From Abditibacteriaceae bacterium (GTDB lineage: Bacteria; Armatimonadota; Abditibacteriia; Abditibacteriales; Abditibacteriaceae), in assembly GCA_965277285.1 (NCBI GenBank), contig OZ255721.1:3662737-3694736 (forward strand): a stretch of 32,000 nt of DNA, read 5' to 3'. The position numbers were made by a program, and so were the translations under genes. The notes below the pieces were generated by a model. It did no database searches and had not been told where the DNA came from. It was given only the letters and a program-made list of their open reading frames with translations. This document shows, one piece after another, positions 8,750 to 17,300 of this stretch; position 1 is the stretch's first letter; each line of letters opens with the position of its first letter.

Positions 8750-10456
8750 GTGAAACATCGCTCTTCGGTTCGCCTGTTGGCTGTTCGCCCTTTCGTCGTT
8801 CGTCCTTTGGCCTGCGCCACTTTGTCTTTGGCGCTGGGACTGACGGCCATTGTCGCGCCGACCTTGGTACACGCGCAAGACACGTCCATGACATCGAACG
8901 CGGGCAGCAGCAACGCATCTGGCAGCAACGCAGCCGCCGCGCCAACACCCGATGCTTCCGGCCTTGATAGTACGGGAACCGTCGGCGCCGCGGGAATGAC
9001 GGATTCAAGCGCCGCAACTCCCGCGCCAACACCTGATACATCTTCGATGACTTCGACCACGACCGATTCGACAACCGCCGATTCAACGGCAGTCGATTCG
9101 ACAAATACAATAGCGTCAACTTCCACCACGACGACAAGTACCACAACGACGACAACCGCAACGAACCAATCTAACGGCGGCGCGACTTCGATGACATCGG
9201 TTCCGATGGCTGCGTCACCGATGGCTTCGATGGACGCAACTGAAACCGATGTTCCCGAAATAGCGCCCGCCAATCCTGATCAAGTCGCGCGCGCCACGGG
9301 TTTCATCGCGCAGGCGATTTCGATTGCAGAAAGAAATCCAGAAGCTCTAATTTCGGTCGTGCGCCAATCGGCGTCGCTGATTCCGCGCACCGGAACGACA
9401 TGGCGCGAAGGTTTGACTTCGCGCTGGTTGAACCTGGTGCAAAACCCGAATGTGCCGCGCAACGTTCGCTTGGACGCGTATGCGGCGTTTTTCGATGCCG
9501 CGACACAAGTCAATCGCTCGTATGCGCGCCGCGTCGCATTGCAAGTTCCCGATGCCGCGGGGCGCGTCGGCGCTTTGCTCGCGCTCAGTCAGGACAACGG
9601 CGCCAACTGGACGCGCAGCGTCAATTACGTCGATATGGCGCGCCGTGCTGCGAGTCGGGAAAGCGATCCGCAGCAGAAAGCGCGCGCCCTCACTTTTATC
9701 GCGGTGCGCCTGGCGTCGCTCAATCCCGAGACACGCGAAACCGCCGCTTACAGCGCATGGACGCAAGTCAATCGTTTGCCTTCATCCCGTTCGCGCGATT
9801 ACTTGCTGGCCGAACTGACGGGCGCCGCCGCGCAATTCGATATGCCACTGGCGGGACGCATCGCAGGCGGAATCGGCAACGCCAGTTTGAAGAATCTGGC
9901 GCAGGCGCGCATCAACATGGCGGAATTATCGCAAACGTTGATTACCGGTTCCAGTACGGATCGCGTCGCAACTTTGGCAAAAGCCGCCGTGCGTTACGAT
10001 GTGCGCGCCGTGCCGATTTTGATTCAATTGCCGCCGCAAGCCGATGTTTTGAAAGCCTTGTCCGATTCGCTGCCACCAATTTACCCCAGCGCGCGTCCCG
10101 CTATTGACGTGAACCTTTTGGAACGCATGTGGGATTATTCGGGCAAAGCGCAGCCGAGCGTTCAGCGCGACGAATTGCAATCGCGCCTGGCGCGCCTGAT
10201 GGTGACGCAAGACATCTGGCGCGGTCGAACGTGGGGCAAATCTCTGGCGTGGAAAGGCGGACGCATTCAAGTCGGCGCCTTTATCAAAGCGGTTTTGCAA
10301 TCGCGCCGCGCGCAAGTTCACGCGATGTCGCTACAAGATGTCGCCAAGCGCAATGTGGACGTGGCGATTCGCCAGGCGCAAACCTTGCCGCCCGTCGCAC
10401 GCGCCGAAGCGTTGCTGTTGATTGCGGGACAATTGCTGGAAACTTCGACTTCGTAA
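8750..10456 (+). CDS. Secreted protein with a Ser/Thr/Ala-rich low-complexity linker and an alpha-helical C-terminal domain (unknown function)
   Basis: A GGAGAA RBS is followed by GTG 8750. The signal peptide is 'LACATLSLALGLTAIVAPTLVHA/QD'. About 130 aa of S/T-rich sequence follows (TSTTTTSTTTTTTAT), and the remainder is an Ala/Leu/Arg-rich helical region. I recognise no family motif. Confidence 0.6.
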   Translation: MKHRSSVRLLAVRPFVVRPLACATLSLALGLTAIVAPTLVHAQDTSMTSNAGSSNASGSNAAAAPTPDASGLDSTGTVGAAGMTDSSAATPAPTPDTSSMTSTTTDSTTADSTAVDSTNTIASTSTTTTSTTTTTTATNQSNGGATSMTSVPMAASPMASMDATETDVPEIAPANPDQVARATGFIAQAISIAERNPEALISVVRQSASLIPRTGTTWREGLTSRWLNLVQNPNVPRNVRLDAYAAFFDAATQVNRSYARRVALQVPDAAGRVGALLALSQDNGANWTRSVNYVDMARRAASRESDPQQKARALTFIAVRLASLNPETRETAAYSAWTQVNRLPSSRSRDYLLAELTGAAAQFDMPLAGRIAGGIGNASLKNLAQARINMAELSQTLITGSSTDRVATLAKAAVRYDVRAVPILIQLPPQADVLKALSDSLPPIYPSARPAIDVNLLERMWDYSGKAQPSVQRDELQSRLARLMVTQDIWRGRTWGKSLAWKGGRIQVGAFIKAVLQSRRAQVHAMSLQDVAKRNVDVAIRQAQTLPPVARAEALLLIAGQLLETSTS

Positions 10457-10473
10457 TGTGAAGTCATAAGAAA

Positions 10474-10511
10474 AGCGCCACCAATATCGAGTACTCGATA
10501 TTGGTGGCGCT
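10474..10511. terminator. 38-bp perfect palindrome centred on TCGAGTACTCGA (hairpin after the 8750..10456 gene)
   Basis: 'agcgccaccaatatcgagtactcgatattggtggcgct' equals its own reverse complement. It starts 18 nt after the stop. There is no clean T-run, so it could be a terminator or an RNA-stability hairpin. Confidence 0.55.
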
Positions 10512-10601
10512 GTCGATTTAACCTTGAATTCGTATTTACGACTTGAGAATCGAGTGTTTGACATACAACTGGCGGAGCCGCAGAAGCGTGGAGAAACTGT
10601 T

Positions 10602-11015
10602 ATGCGAAAGTTCTTACCGTTGATGCTTTTACTGCTCGTCGTGTCAACAGCCTGGCTTTCACGCACCAATGAGGTGAAAAAAAACGTCGTCAAAAGGCAA
10701 TCCATGCTGCGTGTCATTCAAAGAGATTTCTCGCCATCCGTCATGGCTGGCTGGAAAGATGACTCCGATAAATCGTGGCCGGTTGACGCGCACAAAACGC
10801 ATGTGACGTTGGCAGATACGGGGAACTCGCTGGCAGAAAAATATACTGTCATCTCCATTGTGAATCCGGAATATACACAGAAGCTGGCGACTGAAGATTT
10901 TGATACTTTTTTCGCTGGATCGAAATGGTTGGGCAACATAGAAAGTGCCGGATTTCAGAAAATCGTTTTTTCCAATGGCAAGCAAACGTGGGTATTTCCT
11001 GCCAGATTGCATTGA
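10602..11015 (+). CDS. Small exported hypothetical protein (AT-richer than its surroundings)
   Basis: A GGAGAA RBS lies 6 nt before ATG 10602. The signal-like N-terminus is 'MRKFLPLMLLLLVVSTAWLS'. No recognisable domain. Confidence 0.5.
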   Translation: MRKFLPLMLLLLVVSTAWLSRTNEVKKNVVKRQSMLRVIQRDFSPSVMAGWKDDSDKSWPVDAHKTHVTLADTGNSLAEKYTVISIVNPEYTQKLATEDFDTFFAGSKWLGNIESAGFQKIVFSNGKQTWVFPARLH

Positions 11016-11146
11016 AACAATTTGCTATCTACTGGCGCATTTTGCGACGAGGAAGGAAGTCAAAAACGTTTCGAGTACTCGATTGCGCTTCAGATTACTT
11101 TATTTTTGAGCACCTGAGCAAACCATCCTGAGAAGGCTTTTCGCGC

Positions 11147-11662
11147 ATGACAGAGAAAGTTGCACGCCCAATTATTTGTCCGGTTTGTGGCGGTGAAAAC
11201 GCGCACGACGCGGTTTTTTGCGCCAATCCCGCGTGTCATAAAGCTCTGGGCGATTTCAAATATGTGGCGGAAGAGTTGCGCGCTGAAATGCGCTGGCACG
11301 AAAGCGTGGCGGAACGCGTGACAGGTTTCATCGGCAAGCCGCATTTTCTGCTGGTGCATTGCATCTGGCTCGTCGTGTGGGTGATTGTCAACACCGGCGT
11401 CGTGATGATGCTGCGTCGTTTCGATGCGTATCCGTTCGGTTTATTGTCATTACTGCTGGCGATTGAAGCAATCTTCCTGACTGGCTTTCTGCTCATCAGT
11501 CAGAACCGCCAAAACGCGCACTCGGACAAGCGCGCCGAACTCGATTACGAAGTGAATGTGCGCACCTATCGAGAAATCGAAGACGTGAAAAACTCGCTGC
11601 ACAATCTGGAAGAAAAGCTACAAACCCTCGAAACGTTGCTGCGCGAAAAAGATGGGCGCTGA
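11147..11662 (+). CDS. DUF1003-family membrane protein with N-terminal zinc ribbon
   Basis: The zinc ribbon is 'CPVCGGENAHDAVFCANPAC'. The core 'FDAYPFGLLSLLLAIEAIFLTGFLLISQNRQNAHSDKRAELDYEVNVRTYREIE' matches the DUF1003 consensus (FDPYPF..LNL..S.EA......I.MSQNRQ...D...A..DY.VN). Confidence 0.75.
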   Translation: MTEKVARPIICPVCGGENAHDAVFCANPACHKALGDFKYVAEELRAEMRWHESVAERVTGFIGKPHFLLVHCIWLVVWVIVNTGVVMMLRRFDAYPFGLLSLLLAIEAIFLTGFLLISQNRQNAHSDKRAELDYEVNVRTYREIEDVKNSLHNLEEKLQTLETLLREKDGR

Positions 11663-11701
11663 GTTTGGAGACGGAACTGTCACGCAACGAACCCTGAGCG
11701 T

Positions 11702-11800
11702 CAATGTGGACGTTGCGATTCGCCAGGCGCAAACCTTGCCGGTCGCACCGCAGCGTTACTGTTGATTGCGGGACAATTGCCGAAAACCTCGGCTTCGTGA
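11702..11800 (+). repeat. Degenerate duplicate of the last ~105 bp (10351-10456) of the 8750..10456 gene
   Basis: 'caatgtggacgttgcgattcgccaggcgcaaaccttgccg...gttgattgcgggacaattgcc' aligns with 10351-10456 at an estimated 85-90% identity. Frame-breaking indels are present. A stop and an equivalent AGCGCCA...TGGCGCT hairpin follow. Confidence 0.85.
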
Positions 11801-11818
11801 TTTGCCGTAGAAACACAA

Positions 11819-11854
11819 AGCGCCATGACATTGAGTACTCGATGTCATGGCGCT
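11819..11854. terminator. Hairpin terminator built around TTGAGTACTCGA
   Basis: 'agcgccatgacat tgagtactcga tgtcatggcgct' is followed by 'atttta'. It sits between the convergent DUF1003 and caspase genes. Confidence 0.65.
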
Positions 11855-11951
11855 ATTTTATGGATTCCAAAGATAACACAGCGTTCGGATTTGGATTGTA
11901 GAGGTTCCTGCAGATTTTCAAATGTCAGGTTGAACCTTGTTAAGGCTTTCG

Positions 11952-14072
11952 CTAAAGAGTTGCCGGTACGACCTCAAAAGTCACTTGCGCTGTTGTCCAA
12001 TACGCCGGAGGCGCCAGGGCCGCGCCGCGTCGTCGTGTCGCCGAAGACAAGAGCATTTGCGACAGCGGATTGGAAGGTGCGCCGCCGCGCGATGAACTGC
12101 ACAAAATCTGGTTGTCGGCGCCGGGCACTTTTTGTACCCACAACGCGCTGAAATCTGCCGGTTGCTGCGTCGCAATGGCTTTCCAACGCTCGCGCCCATA
12201 CGGTTCGCTGGCGGTCGCAATCAAGCCTTTGATGACGTGCCATTGTCCATCCGCGGGAATGCGATTCAGTTCGCCAATCGGCTGGCGGTCGGGCGGCAAA
12301 ACCGGATTGATGCTGCCGTCGGGCGGCAAATCGAGAACAGTCACGTAAGCATCGACGGGCGACAAGTTGCGCAACTTCAACGTGTAACTGTCGCCTTCTT
12401 TGAAGACCAGATTGTTGCCGTCATTCGGTTTGATATCGCTGCGCGGCGTGGGATCGTTAGCGCCTTTAACGGGCACCAGTTGCATCTCGATTTGCAACAA
12501 AGATTGAGTGCTGGGCGAATTGCCCAGACGATTGAGAAATTGCCAGCGCCATTCGGCGTTGAGGGCTTTGCGCATTTCGTCGAACATTTTTTCGTCGTTG
12601 TTAATGCGCGCCACAATCTGATGATCGCTGCGCCGCTGCACTTCCAACTGATGTCCGACTTGAACAATTGAAACGTCGCAGTTCTGGCGCGTGGCGCTGT
12701 CGTCCATCACGCTCAGGCTTTCGTCTTCGTTGGCGCTCTTTTGCGCCGCTTTCAACTTTTGCACCCAATCGCCGCTGCCATCCAAAAATGCCTTGAGCCG
12801 ATTGTCGCCGTAATTGTGCGCGGTTTCAATGGCGCGCGCCGCCACCAAATCGGCGGACGGGACTTTCGAGTACTCGATGTCCAACTTCGCCTGCGAGGTG
12901 AAGTCATCAACGGATGTAATCGTCGCCGTGGCGAGAAGATTTTTGGCGTCGTTGACATCGCTTCCGGCGCGATACAGGTTGAACGTCGAGCCGACCGACG
13001 CGCCTTGAACGAAACCTGTCGGCAGCGTGACAAGTGTTCCATTTACCTGCGAGACGACCAAATATTTGCCTGCTGGGCGCGCTGTGCCGGAAAACAACAG
13101 TTTGTCGGCGTCACCTTCCATTTGCGGGTTTTGGTTGTCCACTGCGTTTTCGACTTGCGCGCTGACGGTCTCAAACAAGGCGCGATACGTCGTTTGCGGC
13201 GTGGCGTTTTCCAGGGCGCGCGTCAGATAAAGCGTCAAAGCGCCCATCGGCTGGTTTCTATCGTTGGCGGCTTCCTGCGCGATTTGGTCGCTGCGCGTCG
13301 CCGCGATAACGACGTAACCTTGCGCGACGGCCTCGTCTTTTCCCAACCAATCGCTGGCGTCCGCAACGTTGGCGCCGCGCGTTGGCTGTAGAGGTTTCGG
13401 GCCGTCAATTTTCGGGTTCCAGCCGCGCCCGCGTTTGGGCAAACCATTGCCGCCGCGCGTCGCCGTGCCGGAAAAACAACTGTCCAAAAACACCGTGATG
13501 TTGCCTTGAACCTGACCGTTTTTGTCCTGCATCTTCGCTTTCAAGCGGCGCAGCGAATCGCGGATGTCGTCATCCAAAACATCGGCTTTGAGGCCGCTTT
13601 GCGCGCTCTGATCGATGTAATCGAAGGGAATAATCGCCTGGTGCATTCCGCTCATTTTTCGATGTGTCGGGTCGGGCACTTCCTGGCCGTGACCGGAATA
13701 ATGAAAAACGATGATGTCGCCGGGTCGCGCCTGATCGATCAAGTGGTGTTGCCAGGCATCGAGAATGCCTTTTTTGGTCGCTTGCGCGTCTTCCAGCACC
13801 AGAATGTCTTTAGCGGCGAAGCCAAAGCGCGATTCGAGTACTCGTTTCATGGTGGCAATATCGGTCTGGCAATCGAGATTCCACCAATCTTTATCTTCGC
13901 CGCGCCCTCGGTCATAATGGCTGATGCCGACCAGCAGCGCCAGTTTGCGCGGCGTTTTTGTCGTCGCGGTCAGAGGTTTCGTGCTCGACGTTGGCGCGGC
14001 TTGAGCGACATGGCAAAAGTTCAAGGCGCACAAGACGCAAACGCTGATTTTGCTCCAAATGGTGCTTTTCAT
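11952..14072 (-). CDS. Exported caspase-family (peptidase C14) protease with C-terminal DUF4384-like domain
   Basis: The Sec signal is 'MKSTIWSKISVCVLCALNFCHVAQA/AP'. The caspase core is 'LALLVGISHYD...IIVFHYSGHGQ' (His138 in track numbering, codon 13689-13691) and 'VFLDSCFSG' (Cys209, codon 13476-13478). The C-terminal 'LVFKEGDSYTLKLRNLSPVDAYVTVLDLPPDGSINPVLPP' resembles DUF4384. The start is taken at Met11 (14070-14072) behind a GGAGAA RBS. Confidence 0.85.
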   Translation of the reverse strand: MKSTIWSKISVCVLCALNFCHVAQAAPTSSTKPLTATTKTPRKLALLVGISHYDRGRGEDKDWWNLDCQTDIATMKRVLESRFGFAAKDILVLEDAQATKKGILDAWQHHLIDQARPGDIIVFHYSGHGQEVPDPTHRKMSGMHQAIIPFDYIDQSAQSGLKADVLDDDIRDSLRRLKAKMQDKNGQVQGNITVFLDSCFSGTATRGGNGLPKRGRGWNPKIDGPKPLQPTRGANVADASDWLGKDEAVAQGYVVIAATRSDQIAQEAANDRNQPMGALTLYLTRALENATPQTTYRALFETVSAQVENAVDNQNPQMEGDADKLLFSGTARPAGKYLVVSQVNGTLVTLPTGFVQGASVGSTFNLYRAGSDVNDAKNLLATATITSVDDFTSQAKLDIEYSKVPSADLVAARAIETAHNYGDNRLKAFLDGSGDWVQKLKAAQKSANEDESLSVMDDSATRQNCDVSIVQVGHQLEVQRRSDHQIVARINNDEKMFDEMRKALNAEWRWQFLNRLGNSPSTQSLLQIEMQLVPVKGANDPTPRSDIKPNDGNNLVFKEGDSYTLKLRNLSPVDAYVTVLDLPPDGSINPVLPPDRQPIGELNRIPADGQWHVIKGLIATASEPYGRERWKAIATQQPADFSALWVQKVPGADNQILCSSSRGGAPSNPLSQMLLSSATRRRGAALAPPAYWTTAQVTFEVVPATL

Positions 14073-14248
14073 GGTGAAGAAAGTTCTCCGAACAGACGAC
14101 ATCTTTCGCGCTCATTGTGACATATTTTGCGAGAAATGAGAAAACCGCGCTGTCGCACACTTGACAGCCGCCTTGTCGATTTTGCGATATGTCGCGCTAA
14201 GGTTGTTTATATTCACTGAGTTATAAAGAAAGTGTGGAAGGCAAGTCC

Positions 14249-14363
14249 ACGGAATGCCCTGAAAGTAAGAGTGTGTCATTCTGAGCGCAGCGAAGAATCT
14301 AACTTGATGCCAGATTCTTCGCTGCGCTCAGAATGACACACTCTTACTTTCAGGGCATTCCGT
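14249..14363. repeat. Perfect 52-bp-arm inverted repeat (11-nt loop) containing GTCATTCTGAGCGCAGCGAAGAATCT
   Basis: 14249-14300 is the exact reverse complement of 14312-14363. It starts 7 nt downstream of the STAND gene stop and lies upstream of the caspase gene. The core is shared with the repeat at 22286-22373. Confidence 0.95.
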
Positions 14364-14369
14364 CAATTG

Positions 14370-17300
14370 CTATAACGTGTTTTGCGTCAATAATTGCGCG
14401 ATGCGCGCGGCTTCTTTGTCTTGTGCAGGCGACAAAAGTTTTTTATCGCGGAAGGCTTTGAAATCGTCCAGTGCGGTTTGCGCGAAGGTTTTTCCGGCGC
14501 TGATTTGGACGCGACGGTTTTCCAGATAAAGCACTTCGGCTTTGTCGTTTTGCCCCGACAGCAAATACGCGTGCGCCAGATTGACCTTGATCCAGCGTTG
14601 CGATGCGTCGGTTTGCAGGCCGCGCGAAGCCGAAACAACCGCGTCTTGCGGACGATGCGCCAGCAATTGCGCCCACGCCAAAGCACCATAAACTTGCGCT
14701 AAATATTGCGTGTTCACCGTTCGATCACGCTCGTTGGCGGCGCTGCGCACCAGCTCGGCGATGGTCGTCACTCCTTGTTGATACGACGCAATCGCGCGCG
14801 CATAATCGTTCTGCGCGACGTAAACATCCGCCATTTTGTTGAAGATGACAGCTAAATCGCGGCGCGCCTGCGAACTGAAAGGCGACAAATCGGTCAGGAT
14901 TTTGGCGGCTCGTGCGTCGAAATCCAGCGCTTCCTTCGCTTTGTTTTGCGCCAGTCGCAAGTCGCCCATGTTTTTCCACGCAATCGCCAGATCGCGCTGC
15001 GCTTCGGGCGTCGGATTTTGGTGCAGCAAGCGCACGCGCAAATCGAGGCTTTTCCCCAGCGCGTTCTGAGCGTCGCCGATTTTGCCGCCCAGCAACTGCA
15101 ACACGCCGATTTTTTCCAAACTCACCGCCAGGTCGCGCTGCGATTGAGTACTCGATAGAGCGTTTCCGTTCGAGGCCAGCGTTTCGCGGATGGCCAGACT
15201 TTTCTGGTACGAATCCAAGGCTTGCGCGGCCTGGTTGCCCAGAAATTGTGCGTCGCCGATTTTTTCGTAACTCACCGAAAGGCCGCGCTGCGCTTCGCGG
15301 TCGTCGCCATTGCGCGACAATTGAAGCCCGATTTGCAAACTCTTCTGGTAAGCATTGAGCGCACCCGCCGCATCGTTGGTTTCCACTAACAAATCGCCCA
15401 TTTTTTCGTAACTCGCCGCCAGATCGTTTTGCGCTTGGATGCTTGGTCGTTGTTGCGCCAGAGTTTGAAAAATGGCGAAACTTTTGTTGAATTGCTGCAA
15501 GGCCTGGGCGTCGTTGCCCAGCACGACGGCGGTCGAACCGCTGCGCTCGAAGTTGAGCGCCTTTTCGCGTTGCGCTTCGGGCGTGTCGGGGTTCAAGCGC
15601 AAAATTTTGTCGACGATCTGGTCGTTGGTGTCCTGAATCGTTTTCAGAACGGGCAAGCTGCCCGGCACATCTTTCAATTGATCGGGAATCGTATTCGTCC
15701 AAATGTTGATCGCTTGTAGCGCCAGATTTTTCTGCTTTTCGGCGCGCTGCCATTGCCCGAACGAGAACACGCCGAAACCTGTCACCAAAACGAAAAAACC
15801 TGCCGCCACTGATGAAATTGTAACCCGTCGAATGCGACGCGCGCGGCTTTGTTTGCGATGCGAAGATTCGATGTATTCGACCAGGTTTGCGTCGAGATCG
15901 TCGCGGCGCTTGAGCAAAATATCTTCGGCTTCGGCCAGAGGTTTTCCTGGCGGCAGCAATAAATCGGGGTTCTGGTTTTCGCTTTTCCAGCGCGCGGCGG
16001 ATTGTGCCACGCGGTCGCGGGCGCGCAGGAAATCGCGGTTTTCCTCGAGCCAGTTTTGCACGCGCGGCCAGCGTCGCAGCAGCGCTTCGTGTGCCACACC
16101 AACCACAGCGCGCCCATCATCCGCGCAATCCGTGACCAAAAGCCGCGCGGCGACAAACGCTTCCACCAGAGCGCGGCGCGGCGGCGTATCGCACAAGGTT
16201 TCCAGAGGCACGCGCTGTCCCGTCATTCCTGCCGCGTCGCTCTGCTTTCGAGTACTCGAATCGTTCACCGTCACCAGGCAACGCAACACCGATGGCAAGG
16301 CGTTGCGCGCGTCTTCATCCAACTGCGAAAAAACGTCTTCCGCGCGCCGCGCCAGAGCGCCTTCCGGCCCGCCCAGTTCATCGTAAGCCGCAAAAGTGAG
16401 AATGTTATCGGGCGTGCGGCGTTGCCACAATTCATCGAGCGTGAATTCCAAAAGCGGCAAGGCTTCGGGATCGCGCCAGGCGGCTTCGTGCAGCCGTTCG
16501 TCCAATCGCTCGCCAGTTTTCGGGTCGCTTTCAAAACGCAGGCCAGCGGCGCGCGAAGGATTGCGAATCATCTGCCCGACTTCGGCGAAGGTCGGCGGCA
16601 GCAAGTCGTAACTTCCGCTTCCTTCTTTCAAAGCGACAAGTGTCGGAACTTCGGCACACCGCGCATAAAAATCGCTGCGCATCGTCGCCACGACCCAGAC
16701 GGCGCCGCTGCGTGCCAAAGCCGCAATCGCTTCGATGAAACTGCGCCGCGCGTTGTCGCCGATCTTTTCCAGCGTCCACAATTCCTCGAGCTGATCCAGA
16801 ACTAAGAAAAAGCGCGCTTCGGGCGGCGAATCCAAACCTTCGCGCTTGCCCGTATCTTCCGCAGCGCGCTTCAAGGCGGCGCGAATTGGTGCAACCGCGC
16901 GTTCGGGCGCCTGACGCAAAAGCGCCGCGAGTTCCCTTTCGTCCAAGCCGTCTTTGCGCAGTTCTGGCAAGGCGCTTTTGTCCAACAACGACGCGGCCAA
17001 ACCCGCAATCAGGTCGTTCGTTTCGCCACTTTCGAGTACTCGATTGGCGTCTGAAGAAATGGCATCGGCTGCGCGCAAAATGCTCCAGCGCCACAAACCG
17101 ATGTGTTCGATGACGCCCGGCTGCGTGATCGTCGGCAAAACTCCGGCGCGCACCAAAGACGATTTGCCGCTGCCGCTGCGTCCAAAAACCAGCGTGAAGG
17201 CGCAATTTTCGCTCGCGCGCCGCACTAAAATATCGCGGATTTCTCCGATAGCGTGCGTGCGTCCGAAGAAAACCGGCGCGTGTTCCGGCTCGAAAACCGC

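Noticed and set aside
8076-14095. Shared 14-mer AAGAAAGTTCTCCG (minus strand CGGAGAACTTTCTT) at the ribosome-binding regions of nei (8077-8090) and the caspase gene (14076-14089)
   Set aside because: A single exact 14-mer match between two places in 32 kb is roughly what chance predicts (on the order of a few expected pairs). Most of the match is an SD-like GGAGAA plus an A/T spacer.
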